Shown here: positions 52,621-64,000 of the stretch, piece after piece
How the letters are laid out: every line of letters begins with the position of its first letter
How positions within the stretch are numbered: the stretch's first letter is position 1
NCBI RefSeq assembly: GCF_018977255.1
Contig: NW_024704743.1
Span: 2,046,001-2,110,000, forward strand
DNA from: Callorhinchus milii
Taxonomy: Eukaryota
Length of the DNA stretch: 64,000 nucleotides
Reading direction: 5' to 3'
Notes under the pieces: generated by a model
Told to the model about the DNA's origin: nothing
The model's database searches: none
The model's input: only the letters and a program-made list of their open reading frames with translations
Program-made: the position numbers and the translations under genes

Positions 52621-53042
52621 CAGTCGAAAGGTTTTTTTTTCCTCCCCCCTCTCCCTTTCCCCTCTCTTACCCTCCCTCCCCTCCCCTCTCCCTCCCACCC
52701 CCACCCCACCCCCACCCCCCACCCCCCCCCCCCACAACCTCCAGACACACACACACACATACATACAGACAGACACAGACACACACACACACTCGGGCGC
52801 ACACAACTGGGGAAAATCCAGAAGGAAAGGAAGGAAAGAGGCGAAGAGTGAAAAAGGAAGAGAGAGAGAAAGAGAGAAGAGAGAGAGAGAGAGAGAGTGA
52901 GTGAACCAAAGGAAAAGAAGATCAGCAGCGACCACTCACTGCTGAATGAAATCTGACTATGGATACCTGATGGTTTGGGAAGTGTGATCAAGAAAGTATG
53001 AATATTCCCACCAAAACATAAAAGAACTGGACAGAACGTGGG

Positions 53043-53078
<36 letters not shown>

Positions 53079-53360
53079 AAGAAAAAACCAGAGGGATGCC
53101 CAGACGTGTAAATTAATACGGGAACCAAGAAGCAGAAAAAAGCAGAGAGAGAGAAAAAAATAAAAGGTTGTAAATAAGGGAACGAAGGAGGTCAAAAGGA
53201 GAGAAAGAGACAGAGAGAGAGAGAGAAGAGGAGAGAAGAGGGGAGAAGAGGAGAGGAAATCGTTGCCAGAGATCGAGAGAGAGATTTTTTTTTAGAAAAA
53301 ATCGGGCTTCCTCTTGTCCCGCTTCTTGTTGTCCTCCTCCTCCTCCTCCTCCTCCTCCTC

Positions 53361-53391
<31 letters not shown>

Positions 53392-53580
53392 TTCAAAAAC
53401 CAAGTTGGATCACCCAGGCGGAAGAGTGAGGAGCGTTGAAGGCAAGTGGTGGACAGAAAGAGAGAGAGTGAGTGAGAGTGAGAGTGAGTGAGAGAAAGAG
53501 AGAGAAGAAGAAAAAAAAAACCCAAGGGGTTAAAGAAGAGTTGCCACACAGAAAAGAGACAGACAGAGAGAGAGACGAGA

Positions 53581-53611
<31 letters not shown>

Positions 53612-53666
53612 GGAGGACGAGAGGGAGAGAGGAAGAGAGAGAGAGAGAGAGAAAGGATTGCACAGT

Positions 53667-54256
53667 ATGGAAGAAAATGAGCAGAATAACAACGGGATGG
53701 ACAACCGAGAGGAACCGAGCGACGAGTCGAACCGAGCCATCATGTTGCCGCTGCTCCAGGCGCCCGGGAATCAGCTGCCGCACAGAATCACCAACTTTTT
53801 CATCGACAACATCTTGCGGCCGGACTTCGGCAAACGGAAAGACGGTCACCGGGAGCACGGGCACGTCCCCGGGAGGGAGAACGTCAGCCCCTCGGCCTTG
53901 GGGTCGGCACAGAGCGGCGGAGGCGGAGGGGGTCCCGCGACGGGAGGAGGAGGTGGAGGTGGTGGTGGTGGTGGCGGTGGAGGGAGGAGGCGGTGGAGGA
54001 GGAGGAGGCGGTGGTGGTGGTGGTGGTGGAGGCGGTGGTGGTGGGCTTCCCAATCCGACCTCCACCGCCGCTTCCAACGCCAAGAAACGGGATGGAGACG
54101 GGGACGGGGCGAGCAAGAGCGGCGAGAGCGGAGATCAGTCACACGCCGGATCCGACTCGGACACTTCCCAAGGCAGTGGCATCGGCGGGTCATCCCAACC
54201 CATGCTCTGGCCTGCGTGGGTTTACTGCACTAGATACTCGGACAGACCATCTTCAG
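53667..54256 (+). CDS. en2: Engrailed-2, coding exon 1 (EH1 Groucho-binding motif, poly-Gly linker, EH2); contains an apparent +1 frameshift near 53982-53984
   Basis: ATG at 53667 opens [55 protein letters not shown] (EH1 = [12 protein letters not shown]). After the Gly tract, the +1 frame reads LPNPT...[21 protein letters not shown] (EH2). It ends at the donor TCAG|GTGAGA (GT at 54257), the conserved engrailed intron position. Confidence 0.95.
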
Positions 54257-54261
54257 GTGAG

Positions 54262-54292
<31 letters not shown>

Positions 54293-55472
54293 AGAGGGAG
54301 AGACACACACACACACACAGGAGAGGGAGACACACACACACACACACACAGGAGAGGGAGACACACACACACACACACACACAGAGGAGAGGGAGAGACA
54401 CACACACACACACACACACAGGAGAGGGAGAGACACACACACACACACACAGGAGAGGGACACACACACACACAGGAGAGGGACACACACACACACACAC
54501 ACACAGGAGAGGGAGACACACACACACACACACAGAGAGGGAGAGACACACACACACACACAGGAGAGGGAGACACACACACACACACACAGGAGAGGGA
54601 CACACACACACACACAGGAGAGGGAGACACACACACACACACAGGAGAGGGAGAGACACACACACACACACACAGGAGAGGGAGAGAGACACAGAGAGAG
54701 AGAGAGAGAGAGAGAGATACAGGAACACAGACACATATAGGCACAGATACAGGAGAGAGAGAGAGACACACACAGAGAGAAAGAGACACACAGAGAGACA
54801 CAGACACAGGAACCCTCCACACACACACACACAGGCAGATACAGTAGAGAGAGAGAGAGAGACAGACACAGACCGACACACAGAGAGCGAGAAAGACACA
54901 CACACACACACACAGAGAGAGAAAGAGAGAGACAGACAGAAAACGAGAGACAGACACAGGAACACAGACACACAGAAATGTAAGTCAATAAAAACTCCAC
55001 TCCACTTCCTTTTTTGTTTGTGTGGGGTTCAGAGCAAAATAATCGCCCACAAATAAGATCAGCGATAGTCCTGAACTTTAACGTTCAGGACGTGTTAAAA
55101 AAAAATCGTTTGTAAATCACTGTTAATATTTTTATACACACAAATGCACACACATACACACACACACACACACACACATATCTGAACTGGTACTAAATCG
55201 CACCCGGTTCGTCGAAATCGTTTTCTCCACGTGATATACACAAACACACATAACACAGGGAGAAAAAAAACATATTTAGCAGAAGAGGTTGATGTCTCTC
55301 TCGCTCTCTCTCTCTCTCTCTCTCGCTCTCTCTATCTCTCTCTCTAGTAAATCAATGAAATTGCAAAGTTGCCAACATTACGCGCCAGCAATAGCCTGAC
55401 CCGAGAACGCGTGTTCTCTAAACAAAAACATATATTGTGATTTCTTTTTTTTTTGCTCTCCCTCTCTCCCCC

Positions 55473-55506
<34 letters not shown>

Positions 55507-58500
55507 CCCCTCCCTCTCTCCCTGTGTGTGAAACGGCATCCAGGGCAGGTGTGTTTACGAGGGAGCTTTGCAGTGAATTATCTCTGGGACTGAGAGAAAG
55601 CATTCGGTGGCGTGTGGTTGCACTTAAAAGTCCAGTTAAAAGAGGGAGCTGGGGGTGGAGAGAGAGAGAGGGAGAGAGGAGGAGAGCAGCAGGAACGCAA
55701 CTCTCCCTATACTTGCAGACACTCTCACCTTTGCTGCTTCCTTCACTATTATCACAGTAAATCCAGTTCACAAGGACTCAAGCAGTCACCACAATGCTGA
55801 GAAAAAAAAAACAACACACACCCACACCCACACACACACAACAACGGCCCCAGAATAGACTGATAGCCGTTTGTGAGCTGATTGGGGGTTTTATTTTTCC
55901 ACGCTGTGGATATTTTCAATTAAAAAAAAACACGCGCCTGTATATATATTTTTGGAAGGGGCGGTGGGGGGGGGGGGGGGGTGTGTGGGTGCGTAAAATG
56001 TGTGTGAATTATCTATCGCAGGATCTATTGTCTGCCAGAAAAAAAAGGGAGACACACCAGAGAGAGAGAGAGAGAGAGAGACAGATAGACAGAGAGAGAG
56101 AGAGAAAGAGAGTGAAACACACAGCACCATCCATTGTTAGATTAAAATGGACGATAGATAACTCGGGAGTTTCATATTAAGAGTGGGGTGGGGGGGGGGG
56201 GGGATGTATTCTGTATTCTGTAATATATATTATATTGTATATATGTGTGTGTGTGTGTGTGTGTGAGTGGGGGAGGAGGGGTGGGGTGGGGGGTGTTGGG
56301 GGGGAACACAAATGATTCGTAATTCAAAATCTTGTGCTGGGATGATGGCTGCAACGAAAAAAAAGGCCATTATGTCCACGCACCCGCGCTCTTTCATGTC
56401 CAACAGATAGATCCCTTTGTTGACGAGTCTTCAGCATATTTTGTGTCTGGGGGTTTAGGCCTACACTCAATTAGGTCGGTTCCAGACTTGTATCTTTCGT
56501 GAGGTGGGGGTTCTGTGTGTGTGGGAGGGGAGGGGAGAGGGGAGAGAGGCGGTGGGGGTGTAAATGTACTGTAGTAGTTTATTCCCAAAGAGTGAAAAGA
56601 AAAAAATAACCCTAACCCCCAAAGTCTGCTTGAAGCTGCTCTGTGCTTTTGGGAGCTCTGAAGTGCTGAAATGAGATGAGATTCTTGAAGACCCCACCGA
56701 TAAAATGCCACTCTCTGTCCCTTTCCAAAACAAAGAAGATTTAATCAAATAGTGTCACCGCCGGAAACGTACCGGTTGAAATCGCTTCTTTTTTTAAAAC
56801 AAAAAATAATAGTGATAATAATAATAATAATAATGATAATAATAATAATAACGATAACGATAAAATGCAAAAAAACAACAATTCCGTTTCGGGTTGAGCA
56901 TTTCCCCCCCTCCCTCCCCCCCCAAATAAAACAGTCGTGTTGTTTTTTTTTGATCCGTTCGTTCTACAATAGACATTATTTGTTGGGCCTGAAATGACAC
57001 CCAGAGACGGTTCCGGTTACATTCATTTATTTACCCGTCTCTCTGCCGAACAATTGAGAAACTAACATTTTTCGGCACTTTGTAGACCCATAGATTTTAT
57101 ATATATATATATATAATATATTGCGACCCTCTCCTCCTCTCCCACTTTATCGTTCGCAACGTCTTCTTTACTTTACTTCGGAGGTTGAGACAGACGAGGG
57201 GTTGCATTCAAAATTAACCCCTCCCGGAACAGGGGAAAGAGGTCGCACAATTTCTGCCCCAGACATGAACCGCTGAGACTTCACCAGAGCCACGTTTCTG
57301 CTCTGCTCTTTTTTTAAAAAAATAATAAAACCCTCAGCCCCAGATTTATCCCCGGGTTTTAATAAAAAAAATGCCGACATATTACGCATAAACACACGCG
57401 CGCAAAAATAAAAAGTCTGTAGCTGGATTTTCGGATGTATTATTATGATTATTATTATTATTATTATCATTATTATTATTACCCCTTTCGCCAGTGAAGT
57501 CAGTCTTGGCTCGGGCCAGGGAAACTTCTAACGTTAAGGGAGCCACAGTTCATGAATTGCTGACCCAGCCTCTGGTTAATGCAGTTTGTAATAACATTTA
57601 CACTCACTTTTCTGGGGGTTAAATTGAGTGGGGAGATTGGCTCGTCCCCAGTAACGTGTAGAGTTTATTTTCTCTCTCTCTCTCACTCTCTCTGTCTCTG
57701 TCTCTGTCTCTGTCTCTGTCTCGCGTCAAAAAAAAAAGAATAAATGTTGCCCCCCCCCCCCCCCCCCCCATGATCATTTGACTGCTCCAAGCCAGGAGCA
57801 AGTGATTAATTCGGTCTGTGTGTTTTTTGTTTGGCTCTGCCTCCTATTTTTACTATATCAGGTTTTGAATCCAAACAGCCTCACCGCTTTGTGTCGCTGT
57901 ATTTTAGTGCCAAATCACATAACATAAAGGCAAGCAATGTCAGTTCAAAAATAATAATAATTATTATTACAATAATAATAATAGCAATATTAATAAAATG
58001 AGACGGCTGTGTTTACTTGACTATATATCCTTAGTCAAGTATATCCTTCTTTTAAGAAATAATTACAATGTCACTGAATTATCAATCCCCCCCCACCCCC
58101 CACCCCCCCACTCCCCTCTCACCCCCATAGACACAATAATAAGAAAGCAATAATAATTGTGCGTTGGGTATCAGCAAATTTTTTTTAAAAAAAGAGACTC
58201 AAACTTCGATATGCAATGAAACAAACTATGGTTGATTTTTTGTGTGTGTGGTTCGAGACAGAATGACTGTGTTTTACAAAACCCACTGGGAGTCAGTGAC
58301 CTGTCTGTGTGGTGGTCAGATCAGGGTGGGGGTGGAATTCACACCATAGCAGAGGATTCCTGTATGAATTGGGAAAGACGTGTACATTTAGAAGTAAAAA
58401 GAAACACTGAAGTAACGCCATGTTTTCGGTGGGAAAGTAAGTGGGGGGGAGGGAGGAGGAATAGTAAATCCGGAACAATATGTTTAGGTTTCCTGCACCA

Positions 58501-59347
58501 TTTGTATTCGGATTAATCGTGGATCAGGCTATTAATTATTGCAATGAACTGCGTTACATAATATATATGTATATGTCTAATGTAGATGTAGATGTATATA
58601 TATATAAAGCGATTGTAGCTTCTACAGTATGTGTAACACGCGCATCAAATCAGTTATGCATTTACTACTTTCTGAAATGCTATGTGTGACTGTAAAATAA
58701 GCAGAAAAACAGTGATCGACACAAAAATGTCAATAGTCGGCCTTGGCACAAGTATAACCTTCTTGACATTTTTGTTACCCCCTTTCCCCCCCACCCCACA
58801 GCCCCCAAAAAAGCATATATTAAAACCATAAAAGGGGGGAAGCCATCACTTCCTTTTAATGTGCTAATGTCTTTTGGTAAAACACAGCAAGTTGTGTGTG
58901 TGTGTGTGTGTGTGTAGAGGAGGGAGTGGGGGATAAGTGTGTGGGTGTGAGGAGGGAGGGCGTGGGGTGTGGGGGGTGTGGGGGGGTGAGGTGGGGGGGG
59001 GGGATGGAGGTTGCACCTAAAATTATTAACCTAATTTTTTTTAAAAAATAACAAAAAGCAGTAAACGTATGGAATGGAACCGGCTCCCGAGGGAGGGAGG
59101 GAGGGAGGGAGGCGGTGGGAGCGGAAAAGTGTCGTTTCTTTCCAGAAAACAAATGAGCTGAACATTTCTGTGCAGAGAATTAAAAACAAATATGTATTTA
59201 ACCCAAAATGTACGTTTGTGCGCGTGTGGGTGGGTGGGTGGGTGGGTGGGCGGCGAACTGGGGAACCTTCTTTTACGTGGATGTTCTTATAAAAAATGTC
59301 TATTTATTTATTGTTTGCCCCCCCACCTTTATTGGGATTCGACACAG
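54257..59347 (+). other. en2: En2 single GT-AG intron (5091 bp, phase 1)
   Basis: GT at 54257 and AG at 59346-59347 join ...DRPSS-G-PRSRK in frame, the canonical engrailed junction. Confidence 0.93.
54258..54975. repeat. Compound minisatellite [GGAGAGGG(AG)A(CA)n] starting at the En2 splice donor and decaying into GA/CA repeats
   Basis: About 14 GGAGAGGG units separated by CA runs in 54291-54690. Confidence 0.95.
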
Positions 59348-59664
59348 GACCGAGGTCACGCAAACCAAAGAAGAAGGTGCCCAACAAGGAGGACAAGAGA
59401 CCAAGGACAGCCTTCACTGCCGAACAACTGCAGAGACTGAAAGCTGAGTTTCAAACGAACCGCTATCTCACCGAACAGCGCCGGCAAAGCCTGGCTCAGG
59501 AACTCAATCTCAACGAATCCCAAATCAAAATCTGGTTCCAGAACAAACGGGCCAAAATCAAAAAAGCTAGCGGATCAAAGAACATTCTGGCACTTCACTT
59601 AATGGCTCAAGGACTCTACAACCACTCCAGCAACGGGAAGGCAGAGAAAGACGATAGCGAATGA
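59348..59664 (+). CDS. en2: Engrailed-2, coding exon 2 (EH3, homeodomain EH4, EH5)
   Basis: Acceptor ACAG|GA at 59347/59348 completes the split Gly codon. It reads [105 protein letters not shown], with TGA at 59662-59664. [18 protein letters not shown] is the En2-type linker; En1 has PRTRKLKKK. Confidence 0.97.
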
Positions 59665-59831
59665 GTGACCCCCCCAGATTTTTTAAAAAAATAAATAAAT
59701 CAACAAACAAACAGATAAATAGATAATGATAAAATGAATGAGGAGAAGGGACGAAAAAGAAACAATGCAATAATATAAATGGAGAGCGAGAGAGCGAGAG
59801 AGAGAGAGCGAGAGAGAGAGAGAAAGAGAGC

Positions 59832-59863
<32 letters not shown>

Positions 59864-60340
59864 GAGAGAAAGAGACAGAGAAAGTCAGAGAGACAGAGAG
59901 ACATAGAGGCAGAAATACAAGGGCCAGTGTATTGACGAGACAGAGAGAGAGAAAGAAATAATGATACCAGCATAGTTTTTAAAAGAAAATGAAGTTGTAT
60001 GAGATATTATTCCGCAATATTCTGTGTATATAATTCAGGTAAGGTGTTGTACAAAAAAAAAGACTGAGATATTTCAATATATGAATGAGTTTTGTTTTTG
60101 TTTCTGGGATTTCAGAAGCTCCTTTTTTTTTTTTGGCGGGGATGATGTGTGTGTTTTTTTTTTCTGTTGGTTCTGTTTTCTACCAAGCGTTGGTTCCTGC
60201 AAAAGCGCTCAGAAATTGTCTCCCGGAACGTGAGAAACATTAAAACCAACTTGCTGAAGTCCAAAGAATTTTCCTGCTGTTGTTTTACAGAACAAAAAAT
60301 GTTAACTTAAAATAAATATCCAATGTTTGATTCTACGAGA
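59665..60340 (+). other. en2: Probable En2 3' UTR with candidate poly(A) signal AATAAA 60311-60316
   Basis: Follows the stop codon. It has a GA repeat at ~59780-59960, then AT-rich unique blocks. AATAAA at 60311 is followed by CA and a GT-rich run (caatgtttgattc); other AATAAA hexamers also occur near 59690. Confidence 0.55.
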
Positions 60341-60658
60341 GGTTTACAGCTTTTGAGATGATATACTAAACTCCCTGTCCCTTCTCTCTCTCTCTCTCTC
60401 TCTCCTCCCCTCCCCCCCCCCCACCCCATCCCATCCTTTCCTCCCACCCTTCTCTATCCAACCATCAGCCTCACAGGACAAAACAAAACATATTGCTGTC
60501 AGATAGAGAGAGGAGAGAGAGAGAGAGAGTGAGAGGAAGAAACACACACCACATACACACACAGCATTACCGCTGCATTAAATATTAACACTTCACAGAG
60601 ACGAGTCATTTCCACAATGGAAAATGAGAACTTAATTGAGATGCAGACAATTCTGCGT

Positions 60659-60695
<37 letters not shown>

Positions 60696-62722
60696 GGAAG
60701 GAGGGGTGTGTGTGAGAGGGGGGGGGAGAGAGAAAGATTAAATCGTGTGAGTTGGGAGAGGGTTGGGAAGGGAAAAGCGAGAATAAAAAAAATATTCCCA
60801 GATTAAGTTATGGAATTATCCCTATAATGGCAATCCGAAGCAGCCGCACCCGATCCATAACTGTCATAAATACAACGCAGCCCCACTTTTATTTTAATAT
60901 TTGGGTTGTACATTATTTGCTCAATAGCTTTTCTTTAGACGGTATACGACCCCTAACCCTACCCCCCCCCCACCCCCACCCCGCACCCCAAGTTTTAAGA
61001 ACTCTAAAGTCAGTGTTTAAGTTTATTCTTAGTTTGCAGCGGTGTGTGGGTGGGGGGTGTGTGTGGGTGGGGGGTGGGTGGGTGGGGGTGGCAACAATTT
61101 AAAAAAGTGGTAAATAACATAACTCTCCCACACTGTCGCGCCTCTGGAACACCTTCCTGCGTAGATGGGGGTCCTCAAACTCCTTCCCAACACACTTAAT
61201 ATCAAGTTCAACTCTCCCCCCCCACCCCCACCCCACCCCCCCACCCCCAACCCTCACCCCCCAGAACTTCATCCTAAATCAAAAATGATCGTGGATCAGT
61301 TGAAAGACCGCTCTTAAAACAATAACCAACAGAGAGAGGGGGGTGGGGGGGGGGGGGGGTTGTATTTGGGAATATAAAATATTGATCAAGCGTTGTTGTA
61401 TTTCTGTGTGTTGATGTCCTGCGGCGAGAGGGAGGATTTCCTTTTGTTTAAACTTGGCATTAACTCTCAAACTAACCTAAACATCAGCACTTACTTTCTG
61501 ACTCAAATGACTGACAATTAATGTGTTGGCGCTGGAGCTCAAAACCCAATTACATATTTAAACACAGCGGCTTCTCCCCCCCACCCCCTCCCCACCCCAA
61601 CCCCACCACCCCCCAACCCCCCCACCACCCCCATCACCATTTCTGTCTGCTACCCTCCCTATTTTTTTAAAGAAAACAAATGAAATGTAATCTTTTGTTG
61701 TTGCTGTGGTTCTCCAATACACTATAGAGAGCGACCTCTCTTTACACACACACAGACACACACAGATACACACACACAGACACAGACACACACAGACACA
61801 GAGGGAGAAAGAGAGAAATTGTCATTGTGATGTTTATTAACAGCTTTTTGAAATGTACCAAATCCTTTGGAAAGGAAGTTTTGTTTTGAGAAGGTGAGAG
61901 TGGCTTTGTTTTTCTGATAATTCCAGTTGAAGTCGGACCTGTTGTCGTGAGCAGAAAGGAGATTGCAAACACACACACAAAAAAATAAAAGCAGGTTATA
62001 ATGAACCCACGTTAAAATCCGCTGTTTTCTGGGCTGTGCCCCAACGCCGGTGAAAATGCGATAGGCGACGATTTTGTGTCAGAATACGAAAGCGAATCGA
62101 GTTGCATAATATCAAAGCTTGCGAATTATTTTAACTCATTTCCCCTATTCAGACTCGAACCAGTCGACTTAATATGACGCGCCCTAATGTATGTGTTGGG
62201 TGCAATCAGCATAAATAAGGTTTTATTATTATTCAGGGCGTTTTTATTTTTATTTTTTTTTACTTTGGCTGCCTCCAAAATTGCCACTGTCAATTCAGCT
62301 GTTCCTTTGATAACTTTTATTGTAACACGAGACCGTGGGGGAGAAATCTGCAGAATGAAACTGAATTCAAATGATTTGGTCCAAATGCGAGTGCCCGGAG
62401 TAGGAAGCGAGCACTCACTGGGAAATAGGGAATGCCGGAGGTGTTAGTGAGAAGAACAACTCGGGTCTCGAAGCTTCGCCTTTTAAATATCAAAGAAAAC
62501 AGAAAAAAAATCGTTCTGTATGGCATCGTCCTCCCTAAATTATAAGACTGTGTGTGTGATTTTATATGTATGGCTCCGGATTTGAAACAGTGAACATCAT
62601 AATATATGTTATATACACATATTATATATATGTGTATATACACATATCTTATATATGTGTGTATATATATCATTAACTCAATATTTATGTCCAAGTGTTT
62701 TTTATTCTTAATATGGATTGTT

Positions 62723-62753
<31 letters not shown>

Positions 62754-63458
62754 AAAAAAGGCACAATTTAAAGTGACCCGTTCAGTAATATTTCGCAGCA
62801 GTTCAAATAGAATGAAATCACATTACTTAAATAGGTAACAGCAAATATTCAGTACTAATTTCATTATACACAAACCGTAGATTTTTTTTTAAAAAATCAA
62901 GCAATACCAAAACGTTATTTTTTTTAAATAACGGTTTACACGTTATTTATGACAACACGTCGTCCAATCTACTTGAGACGTGGGTTTCGCTTCGAATAAG
63001 TTTCTTGCAGATAAGAAAATATACAGTACACGCGATGAGCCTGAACAACGAATCATTTATTCCGTTGCTTTTCAAATACATACCAGTTTGAAATATTATG
63101 ATTACATCCACAATAACCCCCCCCCCCCCACCCCACAACCCCCACTCCTTCCTTTCCCCCCAATAAAATAAAACGTATGGTCTCGGCAAGCACTAAGCCG
63201 AGAAATATAAATCTGTTTAATAGAATAACTGATAGTTTACAAACAACGTTGTTCTTTTAATTCAACAAACAGCGGCGAATTTCTTACCACGTAAATGTAC
63301 CAGGAAAATACTTTAGTTACAACGCGATGTCAGGTACACGTGAAGCTTCTTAAATGAGAAAACTCCCGTTTTAACGTTGATTAATATTTTCAGAGCTGTG
63401 AACGTGTCTGGTTTTGATTTGCATTGAAATGTTAACTAAAATAACAGGGAGAGAGATT

Positions 63459-63501
<43 letters not shown>

Positions 63502-64000
63502 TAACAGTGACAACACGTCCAAAAAAAAAGAAGACTTTTTTGTTAGTTTTCTGGCTCTGTGTGTGTGTGCATTGAGGTTCAGGAAAGGGTATAACAGGGA
63601 CAAAATGTTGTTTTCCACAAAGCTATTTTTTTTTTTCAGAAGCTCTGATTTCCTGCGGAATCCTCAGCTTGTTTACACGTGTGGGCAATCTTGGTTAAGC
63701 TTGGCGTTCAAGCTCTAACTCCCTGTACCATTTTAGCAAAGTTTTAGCAAAGAGTTATTGGTAAATTCGGACCCAGGCGAACAGATTTCATTAGCTGATA
63801 AAAAAAAATAAACACGAGGAACCAAGAGCCTTTAATAGACCTGAACAAAGTGTATATATGTCATTGACCAGACGAATGCTGTTGTAATACCACAAAATGT
63901 CACCTCTTTCGGGGTGGGAGGGGGTGGGGGTGGAAGAGGTGTGTGGGTGGAGAGGCAGAGAGATAGAGAGAAAGAGAGAGAGAAAGAGAAAAAAGAGAGG

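Noticed and set aside
53292..54116. 274-aa antisense ORF over En2 exon 1
   Set aside because: Shadow of GC-rich Gly codons and GA repeats; low complexity.
53488..55056. 522-aa ORF as a gene in its own right
   Set aside because: Only ~53983-54256 is real En2 sequence; the rest is an off-frame leader and read-through into the intronic repeat.
55068..55091. 9-bp hairpin GTCCTGAAC/GTTCAGGAC in the intron
   Set aside because: A stem this short is expected by chance in 64 kb; no other support.
59296..59347. N-terminal [17 protein letters not shown] of the homeodomain ORF
   Set aside because: Intronic sequence upstream of the splice acceptor; engrailed homology begins at the GPRSRK junction.
53667..59664. 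Assignment as En1, or as a pseudogene
   Set aside because: The N-terminus (MEENEQ...[27 protein letters not shown]), QPMLWPAW and PRSRKPKKK are En2-type. The only lesion is one indel in a G-rich repeat, with all else conserved.

Overview
This is vertebrate genomic DNA, most likely from a cartilaginous fish (chimaera or shark; inferred from the repeat families and the protein). It carries one recognisable protein-coding gene, the two-exon homeobox gene engrailed-2 (En2) on the + strand: ATG at 53667, exon 1 to 54256, a phase-1 intron at 54257-59347, and exon 2 at 59348-59664. As written, exon 1 has a 1-nt frameshift inside a ~34-codon poly-Gly tract, most likely an assembly or sequencing indel. 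The ~52 kb upstream is non-coding. It holds ~30 copies or fragments of a young tRNA-derived SINE, older DeuSINE-like copies, CR1 and other decayed LINE fragments, and very many microsatellites and G/C runs. Between these lie islands of unique sequence that may be En2 enhancers (TCF/LEF clusters, TAATTA clusters). Almost all other ORFs in the track are repeat artefacts. I found no prokaryotic-type system, CRISPR array or clearly new biological system. The best leads are the En2 frameshift, candidate cis-regulatory modules, nested or chimeric SINEs, a perfect hairpin and a hidden ancient reverse-transcriptase remnant. Repeat boundaries were read by eye and are approximate.
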